From Rhizaria sp. SCN 62-66 (taxonomy: Eukaryota): a DNA stretch of 20,000 nucleotides. Shown one piece after another: positions 9,836-17,423 of this stretch (position 1 is the first letter of the stretch; every line of letters starts with the position of its first letter). Location: NCBI GenBank assembly GCA_001724265.1, contig MEDY01000114.1, positions 53,836 through 73,835 on the forward strand. The letters run 5' to 3'. Below the pieces are notes generated by a model that saw only the letters and a list, made by a program, of their open reading frames with translations, made no database searches and had not been told where the DNA came from. Position numbers and translations under genes: made by a program.

Positions 9836-11180
9836 ACAACAGCCGATGCAGCGGGGCGTGAGACTTGATGCCGGTAACAGCGGCAACAGCGGCGACGGCG
9901 GCGTGAACGACAGCATGCTGGGCGGCAATCTTTCTGGCATCTACCCCAATGTGCACAACAGCTACAGCAACGACAACAACTCGCTGCAGCTCTCCGCTGA
10001 CAACAACCGCAACCAACAGCAGCAGCAGCAGCAGCAGCAGCAGAACGCCAACAGCAGCAACCTGTGGCCCACGCCCAACACCAGCAGCGCCAACAACAAC
10101 AACAACAACGCCGCCGCCGCCGCTCCAGCCCCGATGGCTGCGCCCGCGTACTCGCACGTCCCCGTCCTGGCGGCCGACGCTGCCGCAGGCGGCAACACCA
10201 GCAGCAGCAACCCGCTTGGCGTGTCGTTCGCGGACGACCCCGTGAGCGCGCGCGGCACGGGGCAGACGGGCACGCACGCCTTTGCGTCGCGCGCGGCGCC
10301 GCTGTCGCTCACGGGCCGCCCGCAGCCGCCCGCGGCGCAGCTGTGGCCGAGCGCGGCCGTCGCGGGGGCGCTGCGGGCCGCGCTGTCGGCCGACAAGGCC
10401 ATCGCACCGCGCTGCGGGGAGCTTGTCTACTTTGAAGTGCTCTTCGCGAACCCGTTCCCGGTGCCGCTGCAGGTCGTCGCGCGCTTGGTGGACCCCGCGT
10501 GGAGCCGCGACTCGCTGCGCCAGGTCCAGCAGGCGCTACGCGACCTCGCGAACACGCCCAACGGCGCCGACGCCGCCGCGAACGCGAGCAGGTTCAGCAG
10601 CGTCGTCGGCGGCACCAACGGCGACGTCGCGAGCGTGCGCGCGGCGCTGGAGCGGCGCGAGCTGCTGCTGGAGCCGCAGCTGACGGTGGTCACCGACACG
10701 ACAGAGGCGACCAAGCTGCGCGCGCAGTTCGGCATCGCGGCCTCGGGCGCCGTGGCCGCCGCCGCGGGGGCCAGTCAGAGCGCGCGCGCGCGGGCCGGAG
10801 CTGCGGCCGCGGCCTCGGCCAACGCCACCGTCGACCTCACCGACGCGAGCGCCAACAACGCCAACGCCAGGAGCAGCTACTATGACAGCGCGCTGGCGAG
10901 CACCGCGGGCGCTGCGTCGGTGCCGTTAGCGCAGTGCGCGATGGTGCGCGAGCGCAGCGGCGGCGCGCTGGCGCAAATGCTGTCCGAGACGGCGCAGTGC
11001 TTCACGCTGCCGCTGCAGGCGCAGCAGACCGTGGCCGTGCCGCTGTGCTTCTTCGCGCCGGGCAAGACGGAGCGGCCGGAGCAGGAGTGCCCCGTGCCGC
11101 GCATCATTACCGTCACGCTCAGCAACACCGCGGGCGAGGCCCTCGCGCGGCTTAACCTCGAGGTCGCGCGGCAGTTCTAA
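5922..11180 (+). CDS. NPHP4: Nephrocystin-4-like ciliary transition-zone protein with large low-complexity insertions (first ATG after the TAG is 5922; start may be 5274)
   Basis: Collinear blocks resembling NPHP4 (from memory): WRLNLSLYSQRHRTFFGRTW (6801-6860), VYYYSDIHSSQCFAVAEVV, ALGWAPL, PLYRGSPRALL, AHLFRPNEFV, LRLGLHNGRRFV, ALVAELQY, GELVYFEVLFANP, LTVVTDTTE, LQAQQTVAVPLCF, RIITVTL...LARLNLEV. No intron needed; TAA stop. Confidence 0.8.
5973..6110 (+). repeat. Interrupted CAG/CAA trinucleotide tract encoding poly-Gln
   Basis: Directly visible. Further CAG/CAA runs lie near 9801-9842 and 10017-10043, and AAC (poly-Asn) runs near 9514-9533 and 10092-10109. Confidence 0.95.
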
Positions 11181-11489
11181 AGCGCTGCACTGTTGATGAT
11201 TAATTGAATGATGATTTACAGAATATAGAGTACTTTTGCAACGAATACATTAGTTTAACCTTTTCAGCATCTCAGTCAACAGAGTTATCAATACGAAGCC
11301 ACGTTCACAAAGTATGTTAGCCACGCTGCGTATGTTGCCCAAGAAAGATGTTAATAGAAAGAGTTGATGTATTATTTTTTCACATGTGACCGTAACAACA
11401 ATAAAAAGAAAGGTAATAAGAGAAAACAAAAAACAAAACAAAACAACAATTCTTCATTGGTTTTGCTCAATTGATCATTCGCTCCTTGT

Positions 11490-12835
11490 TTACTTCTTCT
11501 TCTGCTGCTGCGCGAGGACGTTCTTGATGTCCTCAGCGGCGACCTCCTCGTCCGACTTGGTCGTGCTGCGGATCTTGTTGTCGGCGTACGGGTACTCGAT
11601 GGGCGTGTAGGGGATGTTCATGCGCTTGAAGACGGCCTCCATCGTCTCGGGCCACGCCTCGTCGAAGGCGCGGATGGGGTAGTAGCCCACGTCGTTGCGC
11701 AGGTTGTCGACGTTGAAGTAGCGGTGCATCGACACCATCTTGACAACGAACGGGTTCAGCTTCATCGGCTTGCCCAGCACCTTGCCCAGCGCGAGCGCGG
11801 CGTAGGCCGCCGGGTACAGCAGGCACGTGTTGATGTTGAACTTGTTGAGCAGCGAGACGTAGCCCGCCGAGCGGCAAGCCCAGTCGAGCGCGCCCCACAT
11901 GTACTGCGCGCCGCCGTCGGTGACGATGTAGTACTTGCCGGCTGCCTTGCTCGTGTGGCTCGCGATGGCGTTGTAAGCGAGGATGTGCGCGTGTGCGCAG
12001 TTGTCCGTGTGCGTGAACGAGATGAGGTTCTGGCCGGTGCCGAGCACGCGCAGCAGACCCGAGCGCGCCGTCTCCATGAAGCTGGGCAGGAACAGGCGGT
12101 CCGCGGGGCCGTAAACCTGGTGCGGGCCGATGCAGATAGTGGTGAGCGCGGCGCAGTTTTGCTCGAGCACGTAGCGCTCGCCCATGGCCTTGGTCGTGGC
12201 GTACTCCTGCAGGTGCACGAACGTGCGCGGGTCGGGCAGCTCCTCCTCGCGCTTGTCGAAGATGTCCTCGCCGCGCATGCGGGTCGAGGGCGAAGAAGTC
12301 ATCACGAGGCGGGGCACGCCGGCGGCCTTGCAGGCGGAGTGGACAGAGATGGCGCCCTAGAGACAAGAAGCAAGAGGATGAATTGAGGGATATATCGATA
12401 GTATGTGAGCAATTAGTCGTAAAATTGAATTATTATGCACGTGAATCATTCATTAATACAAATAATATCTCAATCAAACATGAGCACATAAGCATGTTAG
12501 ACCGTATCAAGATAAAAGCTTTTGTGACGTACCTGGTGGTTGACCTTCTCGTAGAGGGGCTTGGGGTAGTAGGGCCCAACGAGCGCGGCGACGTGGAAGA
12601 CGCCCTCAATGTCCTTGCAGAGCTCGGTCATCTTGGGCGTGTCGCAAATGTCAGCGATGGTGTACTCGATCTTGGCGGCACCCTCCTTGCCGAGCAGGGC
12701 GACGTGGCGCGCCTTAATCTCCTCGGGGCAGGGCGTCACGTCGACCGAGATGACGCGCTCGCAGCCGCGCTGCACGAGCATCGAGCACAAGCGCTCGCCG
12801 ACGAGACCGGAGCCGCCGGTGACGAGGGCCGTCTT
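11490..12835 (-). other. ERG26: C-terminal extended-SDR 3beta-hydroxysteroid dehydrogenase/decarboxylase domain of the fusion
   Basis: TGGSGLVG (starts 12820), VFHVAA, TSSPS, catalytic YATTK (12203-12189), PHQVYGPAD, ISFTHTDNCAHAHILA, GKYYIVTD and DVGYYP, all typical of NSDHL/ERG26. Confidence 0.8.
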
Positions 12836-13687
12836 GGGCGCGTCGCGCAGCGCCATGGCCTTAGCGTAGGCGGCCTTGCAGGCGGGGACCGTGGAGTACT
12901 CGGGGGTGGGCGGGCGCGGGTACGAGAGATAGTCGACCGAGGGGTTGGACCAGTGGACGTAGGTGCCGAAGAGCACGTCCCAGAACTGGGTGTAGGCGGC
13001 GTAGTTGCACGTGAGCAGGCGGTGGTGGGTATCGTGCTCGCGGTTGTCGTAGAGGTAGCCCTTGCCGAGCATGACGACGAAGCGCGTGTGGTTGAGCGCG
13101 GAGAAGAGTGTGATGGCGCCCAGGAAGATTAGCACGGTGATGATGTGCGAGGGAACGACCCAGATGGCGAAGAGGTGGAGGTAGGCGCCGATCCAGAACT
13201 CGATGGGGTGCGTGTTGATGGCGTCATCATTGCCGTACTGCGGCGCACGCTGCTTGTGGTGGTGCTTATGGACAAAGCCGTAGAACTGGCGCATGTGCAG
13301 GATGCGGTGGAACTGGGCGTAGAAAAGGTCGTAGACGAGGAAGAGCAGGGGAAGCGCGATGATGGTGTTAAAGATGGTCATCTCGGACATCTTCCAGTAG
13401 ACGCCCTTGCCCGCCGAGTGCCAGCAGTACTGGAACAGGTGGTAGTTGAACACGCCGGTGCCGATCTTGTTGGTCCAGATGTAGATCCAGTCCCAGGTGC
13501 CGCGCTCCCAGATGAGCTTGCCACCCGGGGGGATGCGGGTGCGGTCCCTGGACTCGAGAACGAAGACGATCCAGGACAGGATTTCCAGGGTGACGATGTT
13601 CATGATGTTGTATAGCACCACCTGGCCCCACGTCCAGTTGGAGAAGCTGTCGAGGAAAAACACAGGCACGTCCGCTGACACCGTCAT
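11490..13687 (-). CDS. Fusion protein, 673 aa, 2 exons: fatty-acid-hydroxylase/sterol-desaturase superfamily domain (C4-methyl oxidase ERG25/SMO-like) plus 3beta-HSD/C4-decarboxylase (ERG26/NSDHL-like)
   Basis: Exons 13687-12533 and 12356-11490 join in phase 0, giving EKVNHQ|GAISVHSACKAAGVPRLVMTSSPS. The His boxes and the Rossmann motif both lie in exon 1 in one uninterrupted frame. TAA stop. Confidence 0.9.
12357..12532 (-). other. Spliceosomal intron, 176 nt
   Basis: CAG|GTACGT donor, AT-rich body, pyrimidine tract ending CTAG. Removal restores the SDR frame. Confidence 0.92.
12940..13687 (-). other. N-terminal membrane di-iron His-box domain of the fusion (approximate C-terminal boundary)
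   Basis: HRILH (13309-13295), HKHHH (13270-13256), HPIE, LNHT, HDTHH (13036-13022), NYAAYTQFWDVLFGT and several hydrophobic segments. Confidence 0.9.
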
Positions 13688-14551
13688 GTTGTCTCCTAAG
13701 CAATACAGCAGACGAGGCAAGGGCACATGGCAAAGAGCGCGAGTGGGTAGGAGGAAGAAATGAGCATGGGGTAGAGTGAATTTGCGGGTCGGCACGATAT
13801 TAAGTGGCGCAAAGCAAGTGCGAACGCTTGCACCTGGCAGAAGCCATCGTGTTTCACGCGGGGTAAAGCCACGGCATGGGGAAAAAGCGTGCGCTATGGC
13901 GGCAGAAAGCATTAAGAAGAGCCCGCGAAGGCCCAGTTACTCCACTTTCAAAGCAATGCCAGAAAGCGCGCGAACTCATATTTCGCGCGAAATCAAACGT
14001 CAACGTGTGGTTAAAAATTAAGTACGGAAGTAAATGCCATAATGCTAATTTCCCCTCGCAAATTCAGCTCTATAGAACCTTTGCTTGTGTGCTTCCGAAC
14101 TATATCGCCGGTCTCGCCGGTCGCCTTTCTCACGTGGCTGCCGTCGTTCTCCCGTCGTGTCCCGAGGCTCCCGGCGGTCGGTCAGAAACAGACCAACTGA
14201 CTTGACTTTGAGTGACCGTGAGCGAGCGAGCCAGTCGGCCGACGGCCGCTGTCTCTGCCTCGGGCGCTCGACTCGCTCGGGCGTGGTGGTGAGTCTTCCA
14301 AAACGAGATACACGACTTGTAATTCTCAGTGATACACGAATGCTTATGGATTTAAAATGAGTTTTTCGGGTAGTTCCATCTCTGTTGTTTTTTCTCATTC
14401 ATAAATACGCTTGCGCGCGTTTGTTTAAACGTCGTAGTATTTAACGCGTGAAATCACGTGCTTTACCGCCTCCAAACCCACGCCACCTGCTGACTTCTCA
14501 CTTCGTTTTTGTTATTTCATTCTTGCTCTTTTGCTTAGCTTTCATAGCACA
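13688..14551. promoter_or_regulatory. Divergent intergenic region (putative bidirectional promoter and 5' leaders) between the sterol fusion gene and CYP51
   Basis: 864 bp between head-to-head ATGs. Contains CACGTG at 14131 and 14455, GATACACGA at 14307 and 14331, and GAAACACGA on the minus strand at 13855-13847. Confidence 0.55.
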
Positions 14552-16795
14552 ATGGTGCCTCTGGAGGCTAGCTCCTGCTCGCTTTGCGCGGTTGCGGGTT
14601 TCTTTCTTGGTACGTGTCATTTTTGTCTTCTTAACACTTGGTTCACCCCCGCACCCACCTGCTCGCGGCGCCGTTTCTCTATCTTCCGCACTTCGCTTTC
14701 GTCAACATGACCACCCTATATCCTTCCGAAATTCCTTCCAATACTGCCCTCATCCTTGTTTGTCTCTTCTCAATTGCCTTGCACTTCCACGCACTTAGAG
14801 CACTATGTTCTGACGTTCTTTTTCGTCGTCCTGCCCCTTGCGTGGACGCTCTACACGGCCGACTACACGACCGCGAAGCTTCCCCCTCGCTTCTACTACC
14901 TCTTCGACGCTCTGAGCGGCAAGTACAACCTTGAGAAGAACGGCCCCGTCGACTTCATCCGCGCCGGTTACGACAAGCACGGCCCCTGCTTCCGCATCAA
15001 GGTCGCCAACAAGGGCATCACGTTCCTCATTGGTCCCAAGGGCAACGAGTTCTTCTACAACACCAGCGACAAGATCCTCACTGCGCGCGAGGTCTACCAC
15101 TTCACCGTTCCCGTCTTTGGCCGCAACATCGTCTATGACGCGCCCCTGCCCCTGATGCAGCGCCAGCTCTCCTTCCTGCGCCACGCGCTCAACGGCAAGA
15201 ACATGCAGACCTACGTCGACAAGGTCCTCATGGAGTGCGACCTCTACTTCAAGTCCTACGCCGCCACGGGCACCATTGACCTCCACAAGGAGTTCTCCGC
15301 GCTCATCATCAACACCGCGTCCCGCTGCCTCATGGGCGACGAGGTCCGTGAGACCCTCCACAAGGAGGTCGCCGACCAGTACGAGCTCCTCAATGACGGC
15401 ATGACCCGGTACGTTCCCCGTTTTGTACCGCATATAGCTCTACCATATTGCACAATACTCGCAATTTAACTATGTATAGTATGTATTTTTCTATTTATAA
15501 TCGATATGTCGACATTTTGGCTTGCATCGCGCTTATATTCTTTCTCTGCGTTCCTTTATTGTTGTTTTTTTAGCCTCTCGATCCTGTTCCCCTACGCCCC
15601 CATCGCCGCGCACAAGAAGCGCGACGCCGCCCGCCGCGAGATGGTCCGCCTGTTCGACCCCATTATCTCCAACCGCCGCGCCCGCAAGGAGCGTGGCGAG
15701 GACAACGCTCAGGACTTCCTCCAGGTACGGCCGAGAAGAAAACAAAAAGAATGCAATGATGACACCATGACACCAACAGCAATGTTGATAATTTTGTGGC
15801 TTATATCATGCGTTACAAAGAGAAAATGGGTGCATAATGTGTTGTTTTTTTTTATTTGTTGCTTTAACTTTGTTATTCCTTTCTGTATGTCAATCTCTCA
15901 CAATGTCCCTCTTGTTTCTTATTTGTTTCTGTCACTGCAGGAGCTCGTCGACTGCCGCTACGAGAACCGTCGTGAGCTGACGACCGACGAGATCGTCGGC
16001 CTGCTTATCGCCTGCCTCTTCGCCGGCCAGCACACGTCCAACATCACCGCGACCTGGCTCGGCGTGCTCATCGCCGCGCACAAGGACAAGATCCTCCCCC
16101 GTCTCCTCCAGGAGCAGAAGGACATCCTCGGGTACGCTCCAGCACCACCGAAAGATTACTTATAAGAGGATAGTTTAATGAATTAATAACTTTTTTCAGC
16201 ACACTATTATATTTTAAACTCAAGTGACTCACATATACGTTTTGATATTTGTCTCTACTTGTGCAGCCCCGACTTCAAGGACGGCGACGAGCTCCCCTAC
16301 GAGGCCGTGCAGCAGATGTCCCTGCTTCACTTCGCGATCAAGGAGGCGCTGCGTCTCTTCCCCCCCATCGTCGTCATGATGCGCACCGTGCAGGAGCCCC
16401 AGTACTTCAACGGCTACACGATCCCCGTGGGCGACATCGTCGTCGCCTCCCCGGCCGTGTCGCACCGCCTCGAGGACGTGTTCAAGAACCCGACTGAGTT
16501 CGACCCTGACCGCTTCCTGCCCCCGCGCGGCGAGGGCGAGGACATCATCGACGACGCCGGCAACATCACCAAGCAGTGGTCCTATATCGCCTTCGGTGAG
16601 GGCCGCCACCAGTGCATCGGCCGCGACTTCGCCTTCCTCCAGGTCAAGACCATCTACTCGTACCTGTTCCGCCACTTCGACTGGGACCTGGCCGGCAAGT
16701 ACGTTGGCAAGCAGAACTTCGACACCCTCGTCGCCGGCCCCGGCTGCGACTGCAAGGTCAACTACAAGCGCATCGACAACAAGGCCAACAAGTAA
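14552..16795 (+). CDS. CYP51: Sterol 14alpha-demethylase, cytochrome P450 family 51, 512 aa, 5 exons
   Basis: Exons 14552-14609, 14799-15408, 15574-15724, 15941-16131 and 16267-16795 total 1539 nt with all phases matching. N-terminal membrane anchor, YHFTVPVFGRNIVYD, TASRCLMG, FAGQHTS (I-helix), KEALR (ExxR), FDPDRF and the heme motif FGEGRHQCIG (16592-16621). Confidence 0.97.
14610..14798 (+). other. CYP51 intron 1, 189 nt
   Basis: GTACGT...CTTAG; phase-1 join G|AG gives FFLEHYVL. Confidence 0.8.
15409..15573 (+). other. CYP51 intron 2, 165 nt
   Basis: GTACGT...TTTTAG; phase-2 join gives DGMTRLSILFPY. Confidence 0.92.
15725..15940 (+). other. CYP51 intron 3, 216 nt, no in-frame stop
   Basis: CAG|GTACGG...CTGCAG; AT-rich; phase-0 join gives DFLQELVDCRY. 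Confidence 0.9.
16132..16266 (+). other. CYP51 intron 4, 135 nt
   Basis: GTACGC...GTGCAG; phase-2 join gives EQKDILGPDFK. Confidence 0.92.
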
Positions 16796-17423
16796 GAGGT
16801 GTACATGTAGTACATTTATTTGAGAACTCTGCTGGCTACTGCTTACACAGCGCGAGGCAGCGTGGCGACGCACGGCGGCGTACGGTGCAGACAAGGAAAC
16901 TAAACGCCCGCGGGGGGTGATCTCACCACGCCTGACTCGCTACCTATGTCTCGATAGGTCGCGACGACGGCGCTGAGTATCATACTACTGCGGGTTGTTC
17001 TCCCTCCTTGTCTGTGTTTTATGTGGCGTGTGTTTGTGCATGTGCGCGTGCATGTAAATTCGGTGTTGGTGCCGTTTTTGGTGTGTTGTTATTGCTATTG
17101 TTTGTTTGAATGATCTCTTTTTATTATGTATATAATAGTATGTTATTGTTGCAATAAATAACAGAAACTGTTTTTCTTTAATTCCCAAAAATCACATGAC
17201 TACTTCTAAACAATATCGTGATCGTACCCTTGAAACGAACACGGAAACTGCATTGTACGTACGTACGTGTGACGCAGAATATCGTGAAATATCTTGAATA
17301 ACAAACTGTATTGCTATGTATATCAATCGATAGTTAACGTAAAACCTGTCTTCAGCTCAAAAGTCGTCACTCAACAAGCAAGAACTCATCGTCTCCCAAC
17401 ACTGCAGTGTTCAGCTCATGTGC

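Noticed and set aside
11490-11510. C-terminal QQQKKK as an ER-retrieval dilysine signal
   Set aside because: Lys is at -3 but not at -4 or -5, so it does not meet KKxx/KxKxx; suggestive only.
11490-13687. Fusion as an artefact of joining two adjacent genes
   Set aside because: The domain junction lies inside one continuous exon with no stop or AT-rich gap, and the only intron falls within the SDR domain.
13688-13912. 75-aa N-terminal extension of the fusion protein given by the ORF track
   Set aside because: It runs through a pyrimidine tract ending in TTAG and lacks coding codon bias. ATG 13687 is preferred, although a short upstream phase-1 exon cannot be excluded.
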